From: Andalucia godoyi And28
Lineage: Eukaryota > Protista > Jakobida
Length of the DNA stretch: 64,000 nt
Direction of reading: 5' to 3'
Assembly: GCA_009859145.1 (NCBI GenBank)
Contig: VRVR01000050.1
Location: 173,448 to 237,447, forward strand
Part shown: positions 10,508-20,027 of the stretch, piece by piece
Layout of the letters: each line of letters begins with the position of its first letter
Position numbering within the stretch: the first letter of the stretch is position 1
Notes under the pieces: generated by a model
The model's input: only the letters and a program-made list of their open reading frames with translations
What the model was told of the DNA's origin: nothing
Database searches by the model: none
Position numbers and translations under genes: made by a program

Positions 10508-10779
10508 CCTTTCCCGGCCCTGCCGCTTTCAACCCCACCTTCTGTAGTGACGAAAGGTCCTATTCTTTCCCGCTCTTTCCATTTATAATGATAATAATTT
10601 CCTCAACTCACAAGTAAGAAACGTTTTTTGTTTTTGCAGAAATAACAAAAATATCAATAGTAATGATATAATCATAATAATCAAAAATCATCATCATCAT
10701 AGTAGTAGTAGTAGTAGTAGTAGCAGTAGTAGTAGTAGTAGCAGTAAGAAATAACTATTTACAAGACAAACTGAGAGGC

Positions 10780-12915
10780 ATGGAGCAGCAGCCAGGAACA
10801 GCACCAGCGCCTGCAGCAGCACACGGAAAGTCGCAGAAGCGAGTCCAAACACGCGGAAGCATGGGCTCGATGATTGCGAAAGCTCGTGAAGCGCTGACTG
10901 CAGTTGCGAATACCGTTGGGATTGCGCTGAGTCCTGTGCCGTACGACCGTTTCTGCGAGCTTGCAGAGTCGGGCGATCCGTACCAGGAGCTGCGGATTTC
11001 GTTTCCTGTCTCGACCGACAATCTCGGGTCGTTTGTCCAGTTTCCACTCGCGGCAGATCGGCAGACACTTGCAATGCTCGACGTAGAGAAGTACTTTGGG
11101 CTCTCGAAAAACACCGGACTGCTCATCGAGTCGCCGGCCCCGCTGGCCCCCGTCCCCAACTCAGATGGCGATGGCGGCAATGGCGAGGACAGCAGCGTGC
11201 GGAAAAGGGCGAGTGTCGCGATTGTTGCGTACCAGTACCTGACACCCGGGTCCACGTACCTGCTCTTTGGGCGCCGGATCGTGGCGAAACCATCGGCGTC
11301 ATCGGTGTCATCGACGGCAGCGGCGGATGAGGAGGACGATGGGTTTGCGCAGAACAGGTGGATGGACGGAATGTGCGTGCAGCGGACCGGGTTTGTAAGC
11401 GACAAGGCAATGGCGCTGCATGCGGGTCCTTCGTATCATCCCGAGCGACCGGACCGCCTGAACTATGTGTTTCGGCATCTTGTGGACTCGGGATGTACGC
11501 AGCTGTTGTGGAGGATTGCGGCGCGGGAAGCATCGGTCGGAGAGCTGGTTGCGGTGCATGATGCTGCGTACGTTGACCAGTTTGTTCGGTCGTCGAAATC
11601 CGAGGGGCTTCTGCAGACGCTTGTGCAGCAGCTTGGATCGTCGGATCTGTATCTCAACAAGAGCTCTCTGCGTGCTGCGAAACTCGCAGCTGGGTGTGCA
11701 GTCCAGGCAGTCGACAGCGTGCTTCTTGGCTCTGTGAAAAATGCATTTGCACTTGTGCGGCCTCCGGGGCATCATGCTGGCAAGCGCACTCCGTCAGGGT
11801 TCTGCTGGTTCTGCAACTGCGCAGTTGCTGCACAGCATGCCTTGTCATGGAAGCCACCCTCTTCTTCGTCTTCTTCGCAGGGCACTGTCCATAGCCCATC
11901 GGTTGCGACTTCGCCCGACATATCTGCACTCAAGCTGACCGATGCATCCTCCAGCCCGCAGTCCAGCTGTACCCCCTCCGCACACGCATTTCCGGACACA
12001 CCAGAGGGCGCCAATATGAGCGTGTCTTCGGTGCAAACGGAGGCGAGCTCCTTGTGCAGCCCAGGATCGATTGGAGGGACTCCCTTGAAACCTGCTGTTG
12101 CGTCGGCGCCCGTGCAGCGCGTGCTCATCGTGGACTGGGACATCCACCACGGCAACGGCATTGAAGAGATTTTTTATGACCGCCGAGATGTAATGTACAT
12201 TTCTGTGCATCGGTACGACGATGGAGCGTTTTATCCAGGCACTGGACATGCGTCGTCGATTGGAGACGGTCCCGGCCGCGGTTTCAACATGAATATTCCG
12301 CTCGGCGGAACCGATATTTCGGATGCTGATTATCTTGCCGTATTCACGCATCTTATTTTGCCTGTTGGGCGTGAATTCGATCCAGATCTTGTGATTGTAG
12401 CAGCAGGATTCGACGCTGCCAAGGGAGACCCACTGGGCAAGTCGTCCGTCTCGCCAGCGTCCTTTGGCATATTCCTAAAGATGCTGATGGAACTCGCGGA
12501 TGGAAAAGTCGTTGCGGTCCTTGAGGGCGGGTACAATTGCAGTGTTGTGGCGCAGTGCGTGGAATCCTGCATCAAGACGCTGGCGGGCGCTGCTGACGGA
12601 ACCGCCTCGAGAACGCTATTGAGGCACGTTTCTCCTTTGCAGCAGTCCAACGGTGGGGATGGGAACGGCAGCGAAGATGGCTCGAGTGCCAAACCTCGGG
12701 TTTCGCAAGTCACGAAGCGTGCCATTCGCACGGTTGCCCAGTTGCTCTCTCCTTTCTGGCCCTGCTTGGATGTACTCTTGCCTCCCAACGACGAAGAAGA
12801 AGCTGCTGCTGCTGCTGATGATGATTCGCAGACAGATACACACGACCCAGCGTCTGGCTCCGAGGCGAGCGTCGATGATGCAGCGGCGAAGTTCGAAACA
12901 CTCTCGTTTCACTGA
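10780..12915 (+). CDS. Class II histone deacetylase (HDA1/HDAC6/10-like)
   Basis: HPERPDRL, RPPGHHA, GFCWFCN, IVDWDIHHGNG, ISVHRY, AGFDAAKGDPLG and LEGGYN motifs all present. Confidence 0.92.
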   Translation: MEQQPGTAPAPAAAHGKSQKRVQTRGSMGSMIAKAREALTAVANTVGIALSPVPYDRFCELAESGDPYQELRISFPVSTDNLGSFVQFPLAADRQTLAMLDVEKYFGLSKNTGLLIESPAPLAPVPNSDGDGGNGEDSSVRKRASVAIVAYQYLTPGSTYLLFGRRIVAKPSASSVSSTAAADEEDDGFAQNRWMDGMCVQRTGFVSDKAMALHAGPSYHPERPDRLNYVFRHLVDSGCTQLLWRIAAREASVGELVAVHDAAYVDQFVRSSKSEGLLQTLVQQLGSSDLYLNKSSLRAAKLAAGCAVQAVDSVLLGSVKNAFALVRPPGHHAGKRTPSGFCWFCNCAVAAQHALSWKPPSSSSSSQGTVHSPSVATSPDISALKLTDASSSPQSSCTPSAHAFPDTPEGANMSVSSVQTEASSLCSPGSIGGTPLKPAVASAPVQRVLIVDWDIHHGNGIEEIFYDRRDVMYISVHRYDDGAFYPGTGHASSIGDGPGRGFNMNIPLGGTDISDADYLAVFTHLILPVGREFDPDLVIVAAGFDAAKGDPLGKSSVSPASFGIFLKMLMELADGKVVAVLEGGYNCSVVAQCVESCIKTLAGAADGTASRTLLRHVSPLQQSNGGDGNGSEDGSSAKPRVSQVTKRAIRTVAQLLSPFWPCLDVLLPPNDEEEAAAAADDDSQTDTHDPASGSEASVDDAAAKFETLSFH

Positions 12916-13377
12916 AGCCCGAGAGGAGCACAAAAAGAAGTAGACCAAACACTGGCGTCCGGTGGAGTTGGTATCAGATCGATATTCGATACACTCTGGA
13001 CATTTTGTGCAGAGCGCAGTCCACGCGTCCGTGCTGCAAAAAAAGAAACAAAACCAAACAAACAAAAACGGGTCGAAGTGGTTTTGCGGCCAGTAACGTG
13101 CGCGGCGGACTCTGCTCTGCGCAGTGCCTCTCGAGCATTGTGTCGCCTGTGACACGGAATGCAACGTGTCGTGGATGCACTGCAGAAGGTCCCCACGGGG
13201 AACCCTCCTGCTGTAAACAACAAAAAACAATAACAATAAAAGCACAGCTAGCGTCAAGCGCAACATTCAAATTTTCAAAAGAACAACACCTTTCGTTTGG
13301 CTTGATGCTAACGAGTCGGGGAATAAGAAACAAACCAATACAACAAACAAAAGCAAAAACAAAAAGCAAAGGGATGA

Positions 13378-15063
13378 ATGGATGCGCGCCATAAAACAGA
13401 CAGTGCAAAAAATTCGGGTGGTTTCAGACCCATCAACAATTCCCGAATCGACCGTATGCATCCTGAATGGGACCGCGCGCTCCAGTCCCATCTCGACGGC
13501 CTCGTCGAAGAGTGCGATGACGAGAAGGAGCATGCGCAGCGGGTATCGGCTGCGCTGTCCTTTCTCCTCGCTGCCTCTTCCCCGTTTGTTTTCTCGTCGC
13601 TAGCATCAACTCCGAACCCGCGGCTAGCATCAATTCCCCTCGACAAGGACTGCGACGAGGACGACGGCGGCGCGGAGAGCGAGGCGCATGTGCACTACCT
13701 CGCGCACTGCTACACCCGCCGCGGCGCCTATCTGGTGCGCGCCCTTGCAGTCCTTCCTCGGGTGGCAGCAGCATCAAGTGATGCTACACGTGCACTGCTG
13801 GTGGATGCTTCTTCGATGATGTCGTGTCCCGGGCTGCCTGCTACTTTACAGTTTGCCCGTCTGTTTCATCCGCACGCAATGACTCTGCTGTACCACCCGT
13901 CCGCGGCCGATATTCTCATGGCTCTTGCGTCGCTCCTCGTGGCCCCTCCACCGCCGCTTCTCGCTCCTCTTGTGTCACCTGCGGCGTGGACGGTGGTGTG
14001 GATCGCGGCGACCGTGGACCGACACGTCTCGACGCATGCGCTGTCGCTGCATCCTGCATCGGCGTCGACGGAAGAAGCGGCTGGGGCTGGGGCTGGGGCT
14101 GGGGCGGGGGGTCGAGGGCGTGGACGGGCAATGGGGAAGGAGGGCGAGATGCTCTGGGTCGTGGGCGACTTGATGCCGTTTGCCCGTCGCGGAATGCCAA
14201 TGCTCGTTGTGCTTTCCACTCCGCTTTCCTCGGATCCGGTCTCGCTGACGCGTTCTTACAGCGATACCTGCTGCAATGACACGCGCAATTTCAATGACGC
14301 CGACAGCTACAACGCGCACAGCCAAGGTGGAGGTTTACGTGATGGCGCTGGCGGTAATGAAGATCGTGATGGGGGAGTGAGACGGACGAGAAGGAAAGAC
14401 GCAGAAGCAGCTGACGAGTGCTGCATGGTATGCATCCATGGCCCCGGCGATCTCTTTCCGGTCTTTCTGTCCAGTCCCTCACTCGCCCTCTCTCTCGTTC
14501 TCGATCCTCTTCACCACTCTTCTTCTACTCAATCCCAACCGCAGCACCGCAGACAGACGAAACGAGAGAGGGAGTCGCTCGAAGAAGTGCTCGAGGCCGA
14601 GCTTGAGCGTGTAGGCGCGTCGCTGGTGGTGCACTCTGAGCGCCACGTTTTAGACGCAGAGACGCAGGGCGTTGTTCGGGTGCTCCGTGGAGGCGGAACT
14701 GCATCCAGAGTGCTGTTGCGTGCGCTTTTCGCGGTGGCGTTTGCAAATGCTCATCGCGAACTGCGACGCTCCGTCATGCGGCTGCCGCATTCTCGATGGG
14801 GCATCACTGTCATTCACCATCACGATCCCACGTCCTCTTTCTCCTCCGCTACCACCGCTACCACCGTTATCTGCGCCTGCGCCTGCGCCTCCATCTCAAC
14901 ACCCGCCGCCACTACTTCCACGAGTTCTGCTAAGAGCAGGGGCAATGGTTCTTCGTTTTCGCTTGACGGGATGGAAAGGAAGCGATGGATCGAAGATCGA
15001 TTTGCGACGGCCGTTGATCTCGTGGTGGCCCACTTCCACGCGTCCGATCAGTTTGTCTTTTGA
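13378..15063 (+). CDS. Divergent SCAI-like protein
   Basis: LYHPSAADILMALASLL, GDLMPFARRGMPMLVV and GDLFPVFLSSPSLAL resemble three conserved SCAI blocks in the right order; low-complexity insertions between them. Confidence 0.5.
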   Translation: MDARHKTDSAKNSGGFRPINNSRIDRMHPEWDRALQSHLDGLVEECDDEKEHAQRVSAALSFLLAASSPFVFSSLASTPNPRLASIPLDKDCDEDDGGAESEAHVHYLAHCYTRRGAYLVRALAVLPRVAAASSDATRALLVDASSMMSCPGLPATLQFARLFHPHAMTLLYHPSAADILMALASLLVAPPPPLLAPLVSPAAWTVVWIAATVDRHVSTHALSLHPASASTEEAAGAGAGAGAGGRGRGRAMGKEGEMLWVVGDLMPFARRGMPMLVVLSTPLSSDPVSLTRSYSDTCCNDTRNFNDADSYNAHSQGGGLRDGAGGNEDRDGGVRRTRRKDAEAADECCMVCIHGPGDLFPVFLSSPSLALSLVLDPLHHSSSTQSQPQHRRQTKRERESLEEVLEAELERVGASLVVHSERHVLDAETQGVVRVLRGGGTASRVLLRALFAVAFANAHRELRRSVMRLPHSRWGITVIHHHDPTSSFSSATTATTVICACACASISTPAATTSTSSAKSRGNGSSFSLDGMERKRWIEDRFATAVDLVVAHFHASDQFVF

Positions 15064-15237
15064 CCCGGTTCCAAGCAAATCGAGCAAACGAAGCATGAAC
15101 GTAGACCGAGTTCATAGTGTTTATTGGTAAATTACTATTGTTCATTTTCATTTTTTGTTTTGTTTTGTTTTGCACTGTATACTTCATTGTCAGTACCTTG
15201 ACTGGCACTCAGAGCCCCCCCCCCCCCCAGATTGGGA

Positions 15238-15753
15238 TCAGTTGACGTCAAAGACAAAGAAGAGGAGAAGAAGGAGCAGGGACACAAGGTATATGGCGGA
15301 GAACACTGCCGAGGTTCTGCGGACCGGCGACGGCGAGCTGAGGCTGAGAAGAACGTTAACGGCTGCAATAGGCGGGAACAGAAATCCCGTACACAGCATA
15401 ATTAACGCAAGCTTACGTTCCTCCGCCGGCGAGCCATCCGTCACATCAAACACCCGAAATGGAAATGGCCCGTCGTCCGGAACCACCGACACTGTCCGAC
15501 GAGGCAGCTTGCGCGTCGTCGAGAGCATATGGCCCAGATCCTGCAGATCGTTCACGGGCATAAACCAAATGTCCCGATACACACTTGCTGTCGCCCGTAG
15601 TGGATGGCTTACACTCCGCTCCCGAACCGTCCCCAACGCCAACGACAACGATGACGATCCCGACCTTGACTCTGACTCTGTCGCTGACTCTGACGTCGAC
15701 GATGAGGACAGCAATGACACTCGTGCGCTGTCACGACTCGGATCCACATACAT
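15238..15753 (-). CDS. Hypothetical protein with a Ser-rich N-terminus and two C-terminal TM helices
   Basis: 171-aa ATG ORF; LIMLCTGFLFPPIAAVNVLL and AVFSAIYLVSLLLLLLFFVF hydrophobic segments. Confidence 0.55.
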   Translation of the reverse strand: MYVDPSRDSARVSLLSSSSTSESATESESRSGSSSLSLALGTVRERSVSHPLRATASVYRDIWFMPVNDLQDLGHMLSTTRKLPRRTVSVVPDDGPFPFRVFDVTDGSPAEERKLALIMLCTGFLFPPIAAVNVLLSLSSPSPVRRTSAVFSAIYLVSLLLLLLFFVFDVN

Positions 15754-15971
15754 TTTTCCCCCTCGTCTCTTTCCAACCCCGAACCTTCAACCTTTTTTCC
15801 TCGCTCCCCTCGACTCCACGCAAAACAATCCCTTTAGTGACCGTGCCAACCGATCACGCAAACCACCGCGAACAATCAAAAAACTAAATAGAAAAAGAGG
15901 ACCCAAAAAAGGAAATCTAGCATCATAGCATCAACTGCCTTCCATCCTCCCTCACCGAAAACGCTTGCATC

Positions 15972-16044
15972 ATGGATGGCGGATGGTGTTGGAACTTTCT
16001 GCTACGATCTCGTGTCTCCAGTGCTCCAACCATCCGTTATCCAT
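15972..16044. other. Long intergenic inverted repeat/hairpin (about 20-bp stem)
   Basis: ATGGAT-GGCGGATGG-TG-TTGGA pairs with TCCAA-CCATCCGTT-ATCCAT; inner TACGA/TCGTG stem. Confidence 0.6.
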
Positions 16045-16186
16045 TCTTTTTCTTTTTGCATTCTCTGCTTTGGTCTGTTCTTTGGAGTTTTTTTAGATAA
16101 TATTTATAAAAAAAGAAAAATAAAAACAAAAGGAAAAGTACAATAATCATTAAAGAAATGAAAAAAGGAAAAGTACTTTTTGAAAA

Positions 16187-18271
16187 ATGGTAAAGTTGGT
16201 GCTTGTGCGGTTGGTGGTACTTGTAGGAGTGCTTGCGTGTGTGGAGGGCGGGCTGGCTGTGTCGCAGGGTGATTTGCAGACGAGTGCGATGGCGGTGTGT
16301 GATGCACGTGGTCAAGCGGTGTCAGATCTTGTAGTTGCGTCCAACTCGTCGAATGTGCTTCGGTATGTGAAGTCCGTGTCGACGAATGGGACAATGACAA
16401 CGATCACGGTGACAGGGGCGAGTGGGCCTGCGTCTGCCGTGGTATGTGGGGACTTTCGGGCGCTTGGGTTCACAGACATTGCAGCGTACTTCCCGTCGAC
16501 TTCGTCCGTGTACATGATCAATGGCCTCACTTTTGCGGTGCTTGGGTCCATTGCACTGCCCAGCTCGTCGTTCAACTCCGCAGTGTCGATTGGTGCAGGC
16601 GATGTGAATGGCGATGGACTGATCGAGTTGGTTGTGGCGTCCGGTACTGCACATGTTGTGTCCGTCTACAATGGATCCAATTATGCGCTTCTGGACACGT
16701 ATTCTGTGTTTGGCGCACTTTCCGGAGGCCTCTCGCTCGATGTTGGCGACGTGAATGGCGATGCAGTGGCGGAAGTCATCGTTGGGCAAGTCTCTGGATT
16801 CGGAATCGAGGTGATGGTAGTCAATACCACGACTCATACAACTAGGCTGCTGGCGTCGACAACCGCGCAGTTCAAGTCAGGATCCGCCGCAACGGGTGTG
16901 CACGTCCGCGTGTGCGCGTCGCCAGCCAACACACCGGGATTTGTGGTTTACATGCCTTGGAACGCAGTAACCGCTGCAGATGTCGAGGTTCTCGGACGCA
17001 CGTTGCTGTTTTCTGCAGTTTCGACAGGCATCGCGTTTGCTGACCAGGTGTCCGTGCAAGTGAATGGAATCTCGCAGTTTCTTCGCTACCAACCATCATC
17101 TTCGCAGTTTCGGATCGTGATGGCTGCGTCGCAAATGTCATATGTCGAAGTGGCATCGACGGCGTTGGTGATTCCTCCGCCGGTTCTTCCTGCGTTTATC
17201 GCAGCGATTGAGAATATCGACGCGCTGTACGTGCGCTGCTCGGGGACAGAGACGACCCTCCTTGGGGGTGGTACATGGTACAGCGTCGTGCAGCCGCCGT
17301 GCATTGTGGCTCCTCAGCGCATCTACACATCACCGTACGTGCTGGCACTCCCGGACCTTGCGGCGGTGACGTTTGACTTTGCAGAGGGAGCACGCGGCAA
17401 CAAGAGCTTGTGGGGCTCCGTGCCATACTCGGATTGGTTCGTCCCGACAATTGTGGGGTCGTGGGGCCCGCAGCCGGCCGTGTTTTCGCCACCGGTGTCA
17501 ATTGCAGTCGTTTCCAAGAACACGACATGGATCCAAGAAAGGTACTTGGCCGTGATTTCGAGCCTTGTGGGATGGAATGTGTACCAGCACCACCACATAC
17601 CAGTGTGGGTGCCAAACTCGCAGGTGCACACATGGGCGGTTCCAGCGGTGCCGACGGGGGCCCACTTCTCGGGTCTCGACTGCTCGGACCTCACTTCCTG
17701 GGGATGGAACTATGGCTTTGGCCTCCACATGACTTCGCTGACTGCCGCCCAAGCTGCATTGCAGTCGGTTCCGTGTCCCTGGTGCACGACAAGCACTTCG
17801 AATGGGTCTGTGCTGTTCACGACCGTCGCGACTTCCGGCATTGCGTACTCGGATCTCGTAACCACGGTGCTCCAGCCGGGAGACATGCTGTACATCAAGG
17901 GCGAAGCCGCTGCAAGTGCACCCGTCACACACGTGCTATCATGGCTTGGAAACTACGCATCGTGCAAACGGCCGCAAGTCGTGGGCCCTTGTCCGCCGTT
18001 GATTCTCGATTCTCACGGACAGGTCGTCGTAGACTCGGTGGGAATCACAGTTCCTACTGGGCCGCACATCCGACCGTTTCTGGAGGATTCTTGGTACTTC
18101 CAATCGTTCAGCCATGCTGTGCGGCTCGTGGATGCCAACGGATTCACCATCAAGACCACTTCGCAGTCCAGCACCACATCCTCCAGCGCATTGTCGCCCA
18201 CCTCCACTCCCAATTCGTCCCTCCTGTTCCTCTTATTAGCACTCTTCATGTCGGCCGTCCTCTTCATATGA
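16187..18271 (+). CDS. Secreted, probably GPI-anchored FG-GAP-repeat + NlpC/P60-type cysteine peptidase
   Basis: Signal peptide; GDVNGDG repeats; YQHHHIPVW, GLDCSD (Cys 17681-17683), LQPGDMLY, VTHV (His 17930-17932); Ser/Thr spacer then a terminal hydrophobic tail. Confidence 0.75.
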   Translation: MVKLVLVRLVVLVGVLACVEGGLAVSQGDLQTSAMAVCDARGQAVSDLVVASNSSNVLRYVKSVSTNGTMTTITVTGASGPASAVVCGDFRALGFTDIAAYFPSTSSVYMINGLTFAVLGSIALPSSSFNSAVSIGAGDVNGDGLIELVVASGTAHVVSVYNGSNYALLDTYSVFGALSGGLSLDVGDVNGDAVAEVIVGQVSGFGIEVMVVNTTTHTTRLLASTTAQFKSGSAATGVHVRVCASPANTPGFVVYMPWNAVTAADVEVLGRTLLFSAVSTGIAFADQVSVQVNGISQFLRYQPSSSQFRIVMAASQMSYVEVASTALVIPPPVLPAFIAAIENIDALYVRCSGTETTLLGGGTWYSVVQPPCIVAPQRIYTSPYVLALPDLAAVTFDFAEGARGNKSLWGSVPYSDWFVPTIVGSWGPQPAVFSPPVSIAVVSKNTTWIQERYLAVISSLVGWNVYQHHHIPVWVPNSQVHTWAVPAVPTGAHFSGLDCSDLTSWGWNYGFGLHMTSLTAAQAALQSVPCPWCTTSTSNGSVLFTTVATSGIAYSDLVTTVLQPGDMLYIKGEAAASAPVTHVLSWLGNYASCKRPQVVGPCPPLILDSHGQVVVDSVGITVPTGPHIRPFLEDSWYFQSFSHAVRLVDANGFTIKTTSQSSTTSSSALSPTSTPNSSLLFLLLALFMSAVLFI

Positions 18272-18459
18272 GGTAAGCGACACTGTCCAATAAAAATAAG
18301 TAAATAAATGAGTACGGCACTGCACAGTGAGCAAAGATATTGGTCAATGCTGATTCATGACGTAAAACATACGCATTTCCACGATTTTCGTTTTCCATCT
18401 TTCCCGAAACCCCAACACACAATCCTCGTGTTTCTCAACAGCAAGAAAACAGCAGAAGA

Positions 18460-19566
18460 ATGACTCGGATACGCAGCCTTCCAGGAGGTCGCAAACCCGA
18501 CAAGAAGCGCCCTAGGAAGGCTTCCAGACCCTCCTTCCGACGTCGCTCGAACGGTGCCTTGGGTAGACATTGAGCGCAAAAGGTTGCTTGCGCAGCATCG
18601 ATCTCTGGGACGATGCGTATAACAACTGCGTCTTCCTTTACCAGAAACGCAATGTCCCTGCAAGATCCTGAAAGTTGGATCGACATGTTTTTCCGAACCC
18701 CGACTCCAGGCTGACGAAGAACACGAGACGTTGTCCGAAATGCTTCGTCGTGAAACCGCGAGACAAGCATTCCGATCATCGCAGCTTCAAGGTTCCCAAG
18801 AATGGTGGAAAACCTCCCGTCCAATTGTCGGTCGAGGAAGGTGCTGCTTTCTGGTCCACTTTCATTCCCGGAAGCACCATCAAATTGTGGAAATGAGGAA
18901 GGAAGGCGGAGCATGAAATTCGACGGCTACGTGAGAAACCCCAAGGTGGTAGTAGCGGCTCGGTTTTCAATGTCCTGCGCACGTGTTCCATTTCCTGTGT
19001 CCAAGGACGATGCTTTTCCGATTGTCCCAGTCGCGCGATCCATGGCACCACCCAAGGCGAAAACCGGAGACATGGTTGTCATGAACAGCTGCGATGGCGG
19101 AGGCCGTGTCTTCCAGACTGTTTATGATGGCTGTTGGAATTACAAGGAATATGAGTTCTCCGAGGGCGACCCTTGACGCTGATCAAACCCCAGAAACGCT
19201 ATCAGAAATTGCAATCGAAACGCGCCACCGAGACGACTTGCATGTCGAAAACGGCAAGACGGAATGCCCGGCGTAAGATGCGCAACATTTCGCACCGCAT
19301 TCAGAACATGCAACATGATGGGCATGTACGCACTGCCAAGGCGGTGTGCCAGAATGCGGATCATATCCTGTTCCCGCCATTGAACACCCAGAAGATGTGC
19401 CAGAAACAGAGTGAAGACGTCACAGTGTCCACACGCGGGATACACGTATTCGCAACCTCGTGACCAGCATGGTGCGAGAAACGTTGCGATCTTGGGTGTG
19501 GAGTGTATTGGAGACTCCATTGGAGTCTGCCAACACCCAAGCCCCTTTTCATCCTCCTCGCAATAA
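18460..19566 (+). pseudogene. Frameshifted Fanzor2 (IS607-TnpB-like) RNA-guided nuclease pseudogene, relic C2
   Basis: In order across frames: basic N-terminus (KPDKKRPRK); ERKRLLAQ/DAYNNCV; RuvC-I-like CDGGGRVFQTVYDG (Asp 19093); KLQSK...RRKMRNISHRIQNMQHDGHVRTAKAVCQNADHILFPPLNTQKM; then CPHAGY..PRDQHGARNVAILG (RuvC-III Asp 19462). The segment between RuvC-II and the last Zn-finger half is deleted. Confidence 0.85.
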
Positions 19567-19767
19567 GGGGGAGGTGTTTGCGTGGGACTGAAAACACCCA
19601 ACAACATACTTGTTATGGGAAGCCCTGAACCATTTTCATGGAAAAGGGAGCAGCTTCGCCACAACGTCTCCAGTTGGCGACTTTGAGACTGCAATTGGAC
19701 CCTCCGGTTTCCATGCGCAGTTTTGAAACTCGTTATCGTTGTTGATCAGTGCTTAACCAAGCGGTAA
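19490..19767 (+). ncRNA. Putative omegaRNA/right-end region of relic C2
   Basis: Consecutive hairpins (TTGGGTG...CACCCAA enclosing AGACTCC/GGAGTCT; CCTCCTC/GGGGAGG; CCCA-ACAA/TTGT-TGGG; TCGCCA/TGGCGA; ACTGC/GCAGT). Ends in CAGTGC-N11-GTAA (19747-19767). Confidence 0.55.
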
Positions 19768-20027
19768 AAACCATGTTTTATATCTTGCAGGTTCCTGCTG
19801 TAGTCCTGTCCGAAAACCTCTTGTCTCAACCCGTTGATGCTCCATTGCCATGTGGCAAAGAGCAATCGAATGAAAATTTTAGATAAGGGAAACCTCGAAC
19901 TCCGTTTCATTTAATGCGTATTTTTCCTTTCGTTCCTTCTGTCTTTCTTTTTTTGGTTTTTCTCCACCATCTTTTTTGGGGCGTTTTAGTCGATAAAGAA
20001 AAGGTTGTGGGATTTTCTTCCTTGCGA

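Noticed and set aside
13114-13126. 12/13 match to the 5' end of U4 snRNA
   Set aside because: The downstream U6-pairing UGCUAAU, k-turn and Sm site are absent.
18635-18645. CCTTTACCAGA resembling U5 loop 1
   Set aside because: Imperfect loop, no flanking stem or Sm site, and it lies inside the Fanzor pseudogene.
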